A program made the position numbers and the translations under genes. DNA of 64,000 bases from Candidatus Multivoradales bacterium (GTDB taxonomy: Bacteria > Acidobacteriota > Thermoanaerobaculia > Multivoradales > Multivoraceae), in contig CBDCWI010000002.1 in NCBI GenBank assembly GCA_965223325.1, positions 2,848,001 to 2,912,000 on the forward strand, in the 5' to 3' direction. Positions 1-11,666 of the stretch are shown in pieces. The notes below the pieces were generated by a model. It saw only the letters and a program-made list of their open reading frames with translations. It did not search any database and was not told where the DNA came from. Numbering within the stretch: the stretch's first letter is position 1; every line of letters begins with the position of its first letter.

Positions 1-44
1 GGCGTGACCGGGGTTGGCAGCGGGTCACTTCGGGGTCTTGTAGC

Positions 45-120
45 TGGTGCCCAGGGGCGGAATCGAACCACCGACACCGCGATTTTCAGTCGCGTGCTCT
101 ACCAACTGAGCTACCTAGGC
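45..120 (-). tRNA. tRNA-Phe (GAA)
   Basis: Reverse complement reads GCCUAGG-UAGCUCAGUUGGUAGAGC...CU-GAA-AA...GGUUCGAUUCC...CCUGGGC-A-CCA; 76 nt cloverleaf with encoded CCA. Confidence 0.97.
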
Positions 121-231
121 GATCAGTCTGACGACGGTTTGTAGCAGGCTTTTCGGGCATGAGTCAACGATCCGGGGAGAGAGTGTGGTCCTGCCATTCC
201 CGAATCTCCGATTTCTCGTAGAATGCCGGCG

Positions 232-1074
232 ATGCGCCACGCACTGCCACTCATCGCCCTTGTCGCCCTCGCCCTCGCCGTTTTACCTCTGGCGCCCGCC
301 GCGGCCTGGACGCCGGAGAGCCAGGTTCTGATTGCCGCTGAGGGCGCCAAGCTCGCACCGCCCGACTTCTTCCGCCAGATCGCGCGCAACGAGAAGGCGT
401 TTCAGGAGGGGGTTCTGGCACCCTTTGGCGAGAACGATCCCACCCGGCACTACAAAAACGCCGACGGTACGGGACAGCTCGACCGGGTGATCGTCCAGGA
501 GGTCGAGCGCACGATCCAGATGATCGAGGGGCACCAGTCTTTCGAGCGCATTGCGCGCCAGGTCGGGCGACTGGCCTACTTCGTTTCGATCGCCAACAAC
601 CCGCTCAACACTTCGGCTGGCGACACTGGTGAGGCGCAGTACTACCGCGACTACGCGAGCTATGTCGCCAGCGCGTCGCCGCGCCTGCCGGTGATCTTCT
701 ATGGCACCGAAGACGATCTCGACGCCGGTGACGTTGCGAGTTTCATCGCGCGTACCCTCGACCGTGGGCGCAAGCTCTACCCGCTGATCGCCTCGGAGTA
801 CCGTCGCATTGGCAAGCTTCCAGGCAGCAAGTACTTCGACGATCGCTCGACGGCCTTTGGCGCGACGTCGGTTGCCTACAGTCGCGCCGTATCAGACATC
901 GCGTTGATTCTGCGCTACGTCTGGGTGACGGCCGGCGGCGCAGACCATCGCAACGCGCCGCGCGCCAGTGACGGTCGCCTCCTCAAGGTCGAACAAAGGT
1001 TGGCAGCCGGCGACGAACCCCGAGCCGCGGCACGTCGCGCGGTGGCGAAGAAGAACCCCACACGCCGCCGCTAG
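232..1074 (+). CDS. Secreted protein, Zn-dependent phospholipase C / S1-P1 nuclease-like fold with degenerate metal ligands
   Basis: Signal peptide ending AAA, then mature N-terminal W (WTPESQ). GRLAYFVSIANNPLNT aligns with the G.L.HY..D...PLH motif. Start set at ATG 232, 7 nt after TAGAAT (219-224). Confidence 0.55.
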   Translation: MRHALPLIALVALALAVLPLAPAAAWTPESQVLIAAEGAKLAPPDFFRQIARNEKAFQEGVLAPFGENDPTRHYKNADGTGQLDRVIVQEVERTIQMIEGHQSFERIARQVGRLAYFVSIANNPLNTSAGDTGEAQYYRDYASYVASASPRLPVIFYGTEDDLDAGDVASFIARTLDRGRKLYPLIASEYRRIGKLPGSKYFDDRSTAFGATSVAYSRAVSDIALILRYVWVTAGGADHRNAPRASDGRLLKVEQRLAAGDEPRAAARRAVAKKNPTRRR

Positions 1075-1369
1075 AGGCGCCCCTTCGAGACCGCCAGAAA
1101 GGCCGAAGCGAGTGCACTTGCGTGTTACGCTTCGCGCTCTCTCGACCCCTCTGAACGCTCGCGTCTGAACGCCCGCGAACTGGCGCGCACCTCGTTGGCC
1201 GGGATCTCGCCTGGCCCGCGCCGGAACGGAATACGCCCTCCTTCAAACGGGCGCGGTCCGCACTGCTTTCTAAGGATCTCTTGTTCCGCAGAGAGCACTC
1301 CGCTTCTCCTCGTGCCCCGCTCGCCTCGTGTGATCTCGCAACACTCAGCCTGAAGCAGGAATCTCTCTG

Positions 1370-2956
1370 ATGCTCAATGCAAAACGCGCACTGCTCTCCG
1401 TCTCCGACAAGAGCGGACTGGCGGACTTCGGCCGTGGTTTGGCGGACCTCGGCATTGAACTGCTCTCGACCGGTGGCACGTTCAAGCATCTCGAAGATGC
1501 GGGCGTTCCGGTGACCAAGGTCTCGGAGGTCACGGGTTCGCCCGAGATTCTCGACGGGCGCGTGAAAACCCTCCACCCGAGAATCCACGGTGGCATCCTC
1601 GCCGACCGGTCGCGCTCGTCTCATTTGAGTGAGCTGCGCGAGCATGGCATCGAGCCCATCGATCTGGTCGTGGTGAACCTCTACCCGTTCCGAGAAACGG
1701 CCGCCGCTCCCGACGCGACCTACGGCGACATCGTCGAGATGATCGACATCGGCGGCCCATGCATGCTGCGCGCGGCGGCCAAGAACCATCAAGGGGTGGT
1801 GGTGGTGGTCGACCCGGCCGACTACCCACAGATCCTGACGGCGCTTCAAGAAGGGGAAGGGACCGTTCCTGAATCGCTCCGCCAGAGTCTGGCGCTCAAG
1901 GGTTTCCGTCATACCCAGGCCTACGACACGGCGATCGCCCGGTGGTTAGAAGAGCAGCTGCGCAGCGAAGACAACGTCGACACGACCTATCCCGAAGCGC
2001 TCACTCTCGAGTTGGCGCGCGAGATGGTGCCGCGATATGGCGAGAACCCGCACCAGCGTGCGGCCGTCTATCGCGACACAGCCAGGGGCGGCATTCTCGG
2101 CAACGCCGAGGCGGGCTTTCAGCAGCTGCAGGGCAAGGAACTGTCGTGGAACAACTTTCTCGACGCCGATGCGGCACGCAAACTCGTCTGGAGCTTTGAC
2201 GAGCCGACGGTGGTGATCGTCAAGCACAACAACCCGTGTGGAACGGGCCGCGGCGAAACCCTGGAGACGGCCTACGAGCGCGCACTCAGAAGTGACCCGG
2301 TCTCAGCTTTTGGCTCGATCGTGGCCATCAACCGCCCGGCGACGGTCGAGCTCGCGACGGCAATGAAGGACCTGTTCGTCGAAGTGGTGGTCGCCCCTGG
2401 TTACGAAGAGGCAGCCATCGAGCGCTTCGCGCGCAAGAAGAACCTGCGGGTCTTGCGCTCTCCCGCCTACGCCGCGACCAGTGAAGACTTCGAACTGCGC
2501 GCGATCGACGGCGGCTTTCTCGCCCAGAGCCTCGACGTAGGGCACGAGAGCCCCGATGCCTGGACCTGCCCCACCCGCGCACAACCCACCGACAGCCAAT
2601 GGCGAGCCCTCGACTTCGTCTGGCGGGTTGGCCGCTACGTCAAGTCCAACGCCATCGTCATCGGCGGGCCCGACCAGACGTACGGAGTCGGCGCCGGCCA
2701 GATGAGCCGCCTCGACTCAGCCCGCATTGCCCTCGAGAAAACGCGCGCCGCCACCGAAGATCTGGGGGCCGTCGACCTGGTGGCATCGTCCGATGCCTTC
2801 TTCCCCTTCCGCGACGGCCTCGACGTACTGGCCGAAGGAGGCGTTCGAGCCATCGCCCAGCCGGGGGGCTCGAAGCGCGACGACGAAGTGATCGCAGCAG
2901 CCGATGAACACGGCATCGCGATGGTCTTCACAGGCCGCCGCCACTTCAGGCACTGA
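1370..2956 (+). CDS. purH: Bifunctional AICAR transformylase / IMP cyclohydrolase
   Basis: [50 protein letters not shown], terminal RHFRH. Confidence 0.98.
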   Translation: MLNAKRALLSVSDKSGLADFGRGLADLGIELLSTGGTFKHLEDAGVPVTKVSEVTGSPEILDGRVKTLHPRIHGGILADRSRSSHLSELREHGIEPIDLVVVNLYPFRETAAAPDATYGDIVEMIDIGGPCMLRAAAKNHQGVVVVVDPADYPQILTALQEGEGTVPESLRQSLALKGFRHTQAYDTAIARWLEEQLRSEDNVDTTYPEALTLELAREMVPRYGENPHQRAAVYRDTARGGILGNAEAGFQQLQGKELSWNNFLDADAARKLVWSFDEPTVVIVKHNNPCGTGRGETLETAYERALRSDPVSAFGSIVAINRPATVELATAMKDLFVEVVVAPGYEEAAIERFARKKNLRVLRSPAYAATSEDFELRAIDGGFLAQSLDVGHESPDAWTCPTRAQPTDSQWRALDFVWRVGRYVKSNAIVIGGPDQTYGVGAGQMSRLDSARIALEKTRAATEDLGAVDLVASSDAFFPFRDGLDVLAEGGVRAIAQPGGSKRDDEVIAAADEHGIAMVFTGRRHFRH

Positions 2957-3044
2957 GCAAGAATCCGCCGAGTACGCTGGTTCCGTTCGCGAGGCGGAGT
3001 TTCGGCGCGGAATTTCGTCGGAGGTGAATGCTATTCTCCATCGC

Positions 3045-3713
3045 ATGATGCGCTGGATTTCGAGCAGCCTTCCGAGCAGCATCGTGCTCGTAACTGCTCT
3101 GTCCTTTAGTAGTTACCTTGCCCCAGGTGGCCCGGTGGGAGCGGCAGACGCCGAAACTGCCTGGAGTGCCCTGGCAGAGCTGCGCATGGCCCTTGAAACC
3201 GGAGGTGCCGTCGAGGCCACTTTCGAGCAAACGCTCTTGCCGAGCGGGTTCAGTTCGGGCACCACCGAGTCCGGCACGCTGGTGCTGTCGTTGCCCCATT
3301 GCATGCGCTACGACTACACCGACCCGGACGCAAAGTTCTTTCTCTTGTGCGGCAATCAGGTCTACTACTGGCACGCCGGCGAGACGATCGGGCAGCGCTT
3401 CGAAATCGATAGCGCCGACACTCCCGGCCTCGACTTCTTCTTCCTGCCGCCGGCTGAACTCGAGAAGCGGTACGAGGCTAGCGCGTCCGTAGTGGGTGAC
3501 GACCTGGTGCTCGATCTCACACCGCTTACGCCAACCGAAGACCTGGTGTCTGCACAGGTCACGCTCGACGCGAAGCACCAGCGCATTACCCGGCTCTCGT
3601 ATTCGAACGCCGAGGGCGATCTGAACCGCTTCGAAATCAGTGACTACAAGACCACCCAAGCCGACTCATCACGCTTCGAACCGCCACCCGATATCGAGTG
3701 GGAGGACTCCTGA
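3045..3713 (+). CDS. lolA: Outer-membrane lipoprotein carrier LolA family protein
   Basis: Signal peptide; ATFEQ...ESGTLVL..P..MRYDY..P motif and C-terminal F..P. Start at ATG 3045, 7 nt after TG-c-TATTCT. Confidence 0.75.
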   Translation: MMRWISSSLPSSIVLVTALSFSSYLAPGGPVGAADAETAWSALAELRMALETGGAVEATFEQTLLPSGFSSGTTESGTLVLSLPHCMRYDYTDPDAKFFLLCGNQVYYWHAGETIGQRFEIDSADTPGLDFFFLPPAELEKRYEASASVVGDDLVLDLTPLTPTEDLVSAQVTLDAKHQRITRLSYSNAEGDLNRFEISDYKTTQADSSRFEPPPDIEWEDS

Positions 3714-3715
3714 CT

Positions 3716-4426
3716 ATGAATCTCAACGACTCTAGGGGCCGCACGGCGGCACTCTTCGCACTCTCCATCGCTCTTCTTCTTGCGCTGGTGGCCAGTCCCG
3801 CCAGTTCACAGGTCAAGAAGTTCTTCCCCGGCAAGGCCTACGCCGAGGGCACACAGGTCGAGGTCACTGGCTTCGTGACAGATCGGAACGGCCAGCCGAT
3901 CCAGGACATCGTGGTGGTGCTCGAAGGTGCACGTCGTGAGGTGCAGTGGAAGAAGATGCGCCGCATCAACGCCAACCCGCGCCGGGTCACCACCCGCACC
4001 GGACCCAACGGCGAGTTCAGCCTGCCGTGGAGCTGGCACCCGTACTACAACCGGTTCACCCTGCACGCCGAGGTCGACGTTCTGCGCACCGGCGGTGCAT
4101 CCATCCCGGAAATCCTCGCGAGCGCTGATCTGACGACGCCGATCAAGAACGGCACGCCAGTGGTGGCAAATCTCGAGATCGAGAACCGCGAGTTCCTCGA
4201 TTCCTTCCGTACTTTTCTCGCCTCGCTCGACAGCAACGATGAGAAGAACATCTACGGCTCAATGGGGCAACCCGACAAAGTCGAGACGCTCAAGTTCCCA
4301 GATCGCGAAGAAGTCTCCTGGTGGTACTTCGAAGCCGGCAAGACCTACCGCTTCAAGAACGGCGCGGTCGAGCAGGTCGTCGCCTTTGACCCGGTCACAA
4401 GCTTCGACGAGAACAACGGGCGCTAG
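3716..4426 (+). CDS. Exported protein with carboxypeptidase-regulatory-like (transthyretin-fold) domain
   Basis: Signal peptide; VTGFVTDRNGQPI...TTRTGPNGEFSL pattern; C-terminal MGQPD...WWY segment resembling a SmpA/BamE-like module. Confidence 0.55.
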   Translation: MNLNDSRGRTAALFALSIALLLALVASPASSQVKKFFPGKAYAEGTQVEVTGFVTDRNGQPIQDIVVVLEGARREVQWKKMRRINANPRRVTTRTGPNGEFSLPWSWHPYYNRFTLHAEVDVLRTGGASIPEILASADLTTPIKNGTPVVANLEIENREFLDSFRTFLASLDSNDEKNIYGSMGQPDKVETLKFPDREEVSWWYFEAGKTYRFKNGAVEQVVAFDPVTSFDENNGR

Positions 4427-5400
4427 AAGTCGCTGGGGGCCACCCGGGCGCTCGCCACCAGCGGCTGGTCACTCATCAAAACGTAGCGAAAGCGCCGCGA
4501 CTCGACGTCGCGCCAGTAGTCCCGCCCGGGGACCCGCAAAACGACCACGACGTTCGGGTCCGAGGCGCTGGCGCTTGCCGAACGGACCGCTCCGCTGCGC
4601 TCGGTCTCGGCGGGCGCGTCGAAAGACCGAGGCCGCTCGACACTGACCCAGGCCCAGCGAGCGCGACCGGGGGCGCCGCCCTCGAACCACAGTTCGAGAT
4701 GCCCTTCGACGACTTCCCCGAAGTCAACCAGCACTCCCGGATGGAACGTGTCGTTGGCCTGGCGGACCTCGATCTCCTCGATTGATGCGGCCCAGCGCCC
4801 GCGCTGAGCGTCGAGCACCGGTGGCCTGGGGTGCGTGCGACCGGCGGGTACCTGCGGTTCATGCCAGCGCCCGGTTGGTGAATGGCCCCACGACATCGCC
4901 GGCTGGCTCTCGCGGGGGTTTGACCAACCCTCGAGAAAGCCATTCTCGTGACTACTGACGATCTGCCAGGTCGGGTCACTGACCAGGGTTGGCCGTTCCA
5001 TCCCGTCGACGAACATCGCCAGCAGAATGCCGCCGGCGCCGGTGCGCGAGCGGGCCTCGACGACCAGGCGGTTGACCCCGGCCTGGAGAAGCGATCCCAC
5101 GACGTACTCGTCCAACTCCGCACCGTCGTAACGACCTGCGCCGAGGCGCGTACCGTTGAGATAGAGCTGGTACTCGACGTCGACGGAAATCAACAGCCGC
5201 GCCGTCAGCGGTGCCGCTTCGAGCTCGAAGTCACGATAGGCGTAGAAGGCCGCCGCGTCGTGACCGTCGGGCGCATCGGCGGCCCAGATCCAGGCGGCCG
5301 CAGCGGTTGGCCCGGATGTCTCGCGATGACTGCGAATGGCCCACTCGACCGCGCCGAGGGCGAGCAGGGCCAACCCGGTCAGGACCAGCGTGCGCCTCAT
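4423..5400 (-). CDS. Membrane-anchored protein with alpha-L-rhamnosidase N-terminal-like beta domains, no catalytic barrel
   Basis: AWIW...YRDFEL...ARLLISVD..YQLYLNG...LQAGVNRLVV...SDPTW, then VDFGEVVEG...RFRYV; N-terminal hydrophobic segment. Confidence 0.55.
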   Translation of the reverse strand: MRRTLVLTGLALLALGAVEWAIRSHRETSGPTAAAAWIWAADAPDGHDAAAFYAYRDFELEAAPLTARLLISVDVEYQLYLNGTRLGAGRYDGAELDEYVVGSLLQAGVNRLVVEARSRTGAGGILLAMFVDGMERPTLVSDPTWQIVSSHENGFLEGWSNPRESQPAMSWGHSPTGRWHEPQVPAGRTHPRPPVLDAQRGRWAASIEEIEVRQANDTFHPGVLVDFGEVVEGHLELWFEGGAPGRARWAWVSVERPRSFDAPAETERSGAVRSASASASDPNVVVVLRVPGRDYWRDVESRRFRYVLMSDQPLVASARVAPSDF

Positions 5401-5490
5401 GGTTGGCGAAGCTAGCACGGGGGCAGAACGCTGGCTGGGGCCAGTGAGCGAGAATCGGCTGAGCGAGCCAGCTTTTTGGCCTCCGATTCA

Positions 5491-5519
5491 TTGACTCCGG
5501 GGGGGCCCATGGTTACTCT
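5491..5519 (+). promoter_or_regulatory. Putative sigma70 promoter of the kdsB-pyrG-kdsA operon
   Basis: TTGACT (5491-5496), 17 nt spacer, TACTCT (5514-5519); GTG start follows 5 nt later. Confidence 0.6.
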
Positions 5520-5524
5520 GGATC

Positions 5525-6361
5525 GTGCCCTCTCGAGAAGCCTCGCTACGCTCCCCGAAGACTGAGGGCCGACCCACCTCCACGCGAATCGCTTGCGCGA
5601 TTCCCGCACGCTGGGGCTCACAGCGCCTGCCGGGCAAACCCCTCGCCGAGATCGACGGGCGCCCGATGATCGAGCACGTCTACCAACGCGTTGAGGAAGC
5701 GCAGCACATCGATGAGGTGATCGTGCTCACCGACGATCAACGCATCTTCGATGCCGTCCTGGCCTTTGGCGGGCGCGTGGAAATGACGCCGGCTGATTGT
5801 GCAAGCGGCACCGATCGCATCGCCTGGGCGGCGCGGAACTGGCAGGTCGATGCGGTGCTCAACGTGCAGGGTGATGAGCCACTGATCGACTCACGCGACG
5901 TTGCCAGAATCGCGGCGCACCTCTGCGACTACCCTGACGACGAGATGGTCACGCTGGCAACCGAGGTCGACCCGGAAGAACAGCGAGACCCAAACCGCGT
6001 CAAGGTGGTGTTCGACCGCAACAAGAAGGCGCTCTACTTCAGTCGCGCACCGATTCCCTGGCCCCACAGTTCAAAGGCCAGAAAGGGGGGCTCAACCAAC
6101 AAGGCCCCGACCGGAGAGAGGGTTGCAAAGGTCTACCGCCACGTGGGCATTTACGGATATCGTCTCGACACCCTCTTGCAGCTTGCCGCGCTCGCTCCCA
6201 CCCCACTCGAGGTGAGCGAAGCACTCGAGCAGCTACGGGCGCTCGAAAACGGCATCGGCATCCGTGTGCTCGAGGTCGAACACGCTCCGATCAGTGTCGA
6301 CACGGAAGACGACCTCGCTGTCGTCCGCGAGATTTTTTCTTCGAGCCTGGAACGGTGCTGA
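5525..6361 (+). CDS. kdsB: 3-deoxy-manno-octulosonate cytidylyltransferase (CMP-Kdo synthetase)
   Basis: IPARWGSQRLPGKPLA, SGTDRIA, NVQGDEP, ALYFSRAPIP, LEQLRALE, SVDT. Confidence 0.97.
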   Translation: MPSREASLRSPKTEGRPTSTRIACAIPARWGSQRLPGKPLAEIDGRPMIEHVYQRVEEAQHIDEVIVLTDDQRIFDAVLAFGGRVEMTPADCASGTDRIAWAARNWQVDAVLNVQGDEPLIDSRDVARIAAHLCDYPDDEMVTLATEVDPEEQRDPNRVKVVFDRNKKALYFSRAPIPWPHSSKARKGGSTNKAPTGERVAKVYRHVGIYGYRLDTLLQLAALAPTPLEVSEALEQLRALENGIGIRVLEVEHAPISVDTEDDLAVVREIFSSSLERC

Positions 6362-6474
6362 CTGTGGCACCCGCCAGGCAATCGATTGTTGAGAGAGAGA
6401 CTGCGTTGTGTGCGCTGACATGCGACAACCCCGCAGGTAGTCGTAGAACCATTTGCCACACCAGGCAAAGCTGA

Positions 6475-8328
<1,854 letters not shown>

Positions 8329-8370
8329 GACCCCGTACAACGCCCAAGCCGACTCGGTGGGCATGACGAG

Positions 8371-9228
8371 ATGACCGACCACAACACCTCACCGAAGCCC
8401 TTCACCCTCGCACCGGGCATCGAACTCGGTGGCGATGGTGCTTTGCCCTGGGTGGCCGGGCCGTGTGTCATCGAAGCGGCCGAGTTCACCGTCGACGCCG
8501 CCAAACGCGTCGCGGCGATGGCGGAGCGGGTCGGCACGCCCGCCGTTTTCAAGTCGTCGTTCGATAAGGCCAACCGCAGTTCCATCGACAGCTTCCGTGG
8601 GCCCGGTCTCCTGGAGGGGCTGGAGATCTTGCGTGCGGCCGGCGAGGCCAGCGGGCTGCCGCTGCTTACCGACGTACATCAACCGGCGCAGTGCGGGCCA
8701 GTCGCCGAGGTCTGCGACGTCCTTCAGATCCCGGCTTTTCTCTGTCGCCAGACCGATTTGATCGTCGAGGCGGCGCGCACCGGCAAGCCGGTGTTGATCA
8801 AGAAGGGCCAGTTCATGGCGCCGCTCGACATGGTGCGGTCGGTCGACAAGGCGCGCAGCCAGGGCAACGAGCGCGTCGCAGTCACCGAGCGTGGAACGAC
8901 GTTTGGCTATCAGAACCTGGTCGTCGACATGCGTTCTTTCAAAATGCTGAGCGACAGAGGGATTTCGGTCGTCTACGACGTCACTCATTCCCTCCAGCTG
9001 CCCGGGGCGCACGCCGATCATTCTGGCGGTGACCGTCGTTTTGCCGAAACACTGGCCCGCGCGGCCATCGCCGCCGGCGCCGCTGGCCTCTATATCGAGT
9101 GCCACCCCGAACCCGAACAGGCGCTCTGCGATTCCGAAACCCAGCTGCCCATGGAGCGCGCCGAAGCGATCCTCCGTCGGGCGATCGAGGACCACTCGTC
9201 GATCGGCGGGCGGGGCCCCGGAGCCTGA
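8371..9228 (+). CDS. kdsA: KDO8P synthase
   Basis: AGPCVIE, FKSSFDKANRSS, QIPAFLCRQTDL, KKGQF, ERGTTFGY, DVTHSLQ. Confidence 0.98.
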   Translation: MTDHNTSPKPFTLAPGIELGGDGALPWVAGPCVIEAAEFTVDAAKRVAAMAERVGTPAVFKSSFDKANRSSIDSFRGPGLLEGLEILRAAGEASGLPLLTDVHQPAQCGPVAEVCDVLQIPAFLCRQTDLIVEAARTGKPVLIKKGQFMAPLDMVRSVDKARSQGNERVAVTERGTTFGYQNLVVDMRSFKMLSDRGISVVYDVTHSLQLPGAHADHSGGDRRFAETLARAAIAAGAAGLYIECHPEPEQALCDSETQLPMERAEAILRRAIEDHSSIGGRGPGA

Positions 9229-9271
9229 GTCCGAAGCCGCCGCCGGGCTGCTTTCGGCCATAATCGCAGCC

Positions 9272-9301
9272 ATGACCCGTTCTCCTGGAACTCTCCCGTG
9301 A
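9272..9301 (+). CDS. Putative leaderless mini-ORF (MTRSPGTLP) coupled to kdsD
   Basis: CATAAT (9259-9264) + 7 nt + ATG; its stop overlaps the kdsD GTG as GTGA. Confidence 0.35.
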   Translation: MTRSPGTLP

Positions 9302-10266
9302 GCGACGCACGTCGTATCGCGCGCCAGGTGCTCGAACTCGAGGCCGCGGCGATCGAGGGTCTTCTCGACCAGCTCGATTCGTCCTTCGACGAGGCCGTTG
9401 CTCTCCTCGAGGGCTGCCAGGGCCGCATCGTTTGCTCGGGAATGGGGAAGAGCGGTCATGTCATGCGCAAGCTGGCCGCCACCTTCTCGTCAACCGGCAC
9501 CCCGGCCCTCTTCCTGCACCCGGCTGAAGCGATTCACGGTGACCTCGGCATGATCGTGCGTGGAGATGTGGTGCTGGCCGCATCGTTTTCAGGCTCGACC
9601 GAAGAGCTCCTGCGCATGCTGCCGTCACTTCAACGCAAGAAGGTTCCGTTGATCGCCATCACCGGCAACCCGAAGAGCCCGCTGGCTGAGAAGGCCAACG
9701 TTCACCTCGTAGCCGAGATCGACAAGGAAGCCTGCCCACTCAACCTCGCCCCCACCGCTTCGACGACCGCGACGTTGGCGCTCGGCGATGCTCTGGCGAT
9801 GACCCTCCTCGAGCGCCGCGGCTTCAGCACCGAAGACTTCGCCCATCTTCACCCCGGGGGGGCGCTCGGCCAGCGGTTGCTCGAAGCCTCCGAGATCATG
9901 CACGCCGGTGACGCAGTTCCGGTGGTCTCCGAAAAGGCTCGTCTGCAAGAAGCCATCGTCGAGATGTCGAGCAAGGGCTTGGGGGTTACCGCAGTGGTCG
10001 ACGAGAGGCAGCGCCTGGTTGGAGTGTTTTCAGACGGCGACCTCAGGCGGCTTCTCGAGAGCGACGAGACGCCGCTTGCCCGCGCGGTGGGTGAGGTCAT
10101 GACGCGCGGGCCCAAGACCGTCTCTCCCAACGAACGCCTCGAAGCGGTGCTCGAACTGCTCGAGACCCACCGCATTACCTCGCTGTTCGTATGCAACGAC
10201 GAAGGCCTTCTCGAAGGTGTGGTTCACATCCACGACCTGTGGCGCATCAGGCGGTCCGGCAAGTGA
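9298..10266 (+). CDS. kdsD: Arabinose-5-phosphate isomerase, KpsF/GutQ family (SIS + 2 CBS domains)
   Basis: SGMGKSGH, STGTPALFLHPAEAIHGDLG, EACPLNLAPTASTT, HPGGALG, CBS pair. Confidence 0.96.
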   Translation: MSDARRIARQVLELEAAAIEGLLDQLDSSFDEAVALLEGCQGRIVCSGMGKSGHVMRKLAATFSSTGTPALFLHPAEAIHGDLGMIVRGDVVLAASFSGSTEELLRMLPSLQRKKVPLIAITGNPKSPLAEKANVHLVAEIDKEACPLNLAPTASTTATLALGDALAMTLLERRGFSTEDFAHLHPGGALGQRLLEASEIMHAGDAVPVVSEKARLQEAIVEMSSKGLGVTAVVDERQRLVGVFSDGDLRRLLESDETPLARAVGEVMTRGPKTVSPNERLEAVLELLETHRITSLFVCNDEGLLEGVVHIHDLWRIRRSGK

Positions 10267-10847
10267 GCGACTCGTCCCCGGCAGCAGCCAGGCGCCGCCA
10301 GCGCGTCGGCGAGGTCGACCTCAGAAGCCGCGCCAGCGCCGTCCAATGGCTCGTCCTCGACGTCGACGGGGTGCTCTCCGAGAAGCTCTGGTACGACGCC
10401 GAGGGTCGCGAGTTCCTCAAGCCGTTTAGCGTCAAAGATGGTCTGGGTATTGTCGCCGCCAAGAAGTGCGATCTGGAGGTCGCGCTCCTCTCGGCGCGCA
10501 GCTCAGAGCCGCTTGCAGAGCGCGCCCGCGATCTCGGCATCACCGAAACGATGCTGGGCGAGAAACAGAAGCTGGCTGCTCTCGAGGCCTTCATGGCCGC
10601 TCGCGAGCTCGAGTGGGAGGCCATCGCGGCGATCGGCGACGACCTGCCGGACCTGCCGGTCCTCGAGCGCGCTGCCATCAGCTTCGCACCCGCCGACGCG
10701 GCGCGCGACGTGCGGGAGGTCGTCCACAGGGTGCTCGAATCGCGAGGCGGCCGCGGTGCGGTACGCGAGGCGATCGAATGGCTGCTGCGCGCCCGCGGGC
10801 AGTGGCAGGCGGTCGTCGACGGCTACCGCGAGCTCGACCCGAGTTAG
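10263..10847 (+). CDS. kdsC: KDO8P phosphatase (HAD family)
   Basis: LDVDGVL, FSVKDGLG, GDDLPD, GGRGAVRE; GTG start overlaps the kdsD stop (GTGA). Confidence 0.93.
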   Translation: MSDSSPAAARRRQRVGEVDLRSRASAVQWLVLDVDGVLSEKLWYDAEGREFLKPFSVKDGLGIVAAKKCDLEVALLSARSSEPLAERARDLGITETMLGEKQKLAALEAFMAARELEWEAIAAIGDDLPDLPVLERAAISFAPADAARDVREVVHRVLESRGGRGAVREAIEWLLRARGQWQAVVDGYRELDPS

Positions 10848-10850
10848 CGA

Positions 10851-11645
10851 TCAGTCGCGCCCGCGGAGCCAGTTGGCGAAGGCGGCGGCGGCGACGCCCA
10901 GGAGATAGAGCAGGACACCCGGGACGGCGAAGATGCACAGCGTTCCAACGTCCGGCGTTGGCGTCAGGATCGCGGCGACGGTGAAGATGATCAACACGGC
11001 CCAGCGAAAGTGCCTCATCAAGAAGCGCGGGGTCACGATCCCGATCTGGGCCAGCATGAAGATCATGATCGGCATCTCGAACATCGCTCCCAGGCCGAGC
11101 AGAACCGTCATCAGGAACCGAAAATAGGTGTCCACCGTGATCACCGGTGTAAGGCCTTCCCCAATGCCGAGCAGGAACTCGACCGAGAACGGAAAAGCCA
11201 CCAGGTAGCCGAAAACGCCACCGCCGATGAAAAAGGCCGAACCCAGCAAGATGAACGGAATGGCGTAGAGCTTTTCGCGCCGATAGAGACCCGGCGCTAC
11301 AAAGCCCCAGACCTGCCCCATCAAGAACGGCGACATCAGAAAGACCGCCATCAGCATCGCCATCTTCATGTAGAAGAAGATCGGCGTCGTCACGCTCATG
11401 TAGTGCAGTTGCCCTGGTTCGCCATCCGGACCCGGGGGCAGATACGGAACGATCGGCCCAACGAGCACGTCAAAGATCCGCTCACGAAACGCCCAGCAGA
11501 GAACGAAGCCGACCCCCAGCGCGATCAGCGAGTAGAGAATGCGCTTGCGCAGCTCGTCGAGGTGCTCGAGCAGCGACATGCGCTCGAGTTCTTCCTCGTG
11601 GTCGTCGGCCATCGAGGATTCAGGTAGTGCTGCGGTGTCGCTCAT
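10851..11645 (-). CDS. tatC: Twin-arginine translocase subunit TatC
   Basis: MSLLEHLDELRKR, QVWGFVAPGLYRREK, FEMP, TPTPD; six TM segments. Start codon uncertain. Confidence 0.96.
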   Translation of the reverse strand: MSDTAALPESSMADDHEEELERMSLLEHLDELRKRILYSLIALGVGFVLCWAFRERIFDVLVGPIVPYLPPGPDGEPGQLHYMSVTTPIFFYMKMAMLMAVFLMSPFLMGQVWGFVAPGLYRREKLYAIPFILLGSAFFIGGGVFGYLVAFPFSVEFLLGIGEGLTPVITVDTYFRFLMTVLLGLGAMFEMPIMIFMLAQIGIVTPRFLMRHFRWAVLIIFTVAAILTPTPDVGTLCIFAVPGVLLYLLGVAAAAFANWLRGRD

Positions 11646-11666
11646 GCCGATCAAGCGCTTCGAGCT

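Noticed and set aside
1-120. Genomic-island attachment site at tRNA-Phe (also considered for the other tRNAs)
   Set aside because: I noticed no duplicated tRNA 3' end and no integrase in the window; sequence beyond the left edge cannot be assessed.
1170-1220. Possible ZMP/ZTP (pfl) riboswitch upstream of purH (AACTGGCG ... CGCCTGG)
   Set aside because: Only fragments match; the GUGG/CCAC P2 stem, the GGGAG segment and the CGCCUGGG end are not properly present. An Rfam scan would settle it.
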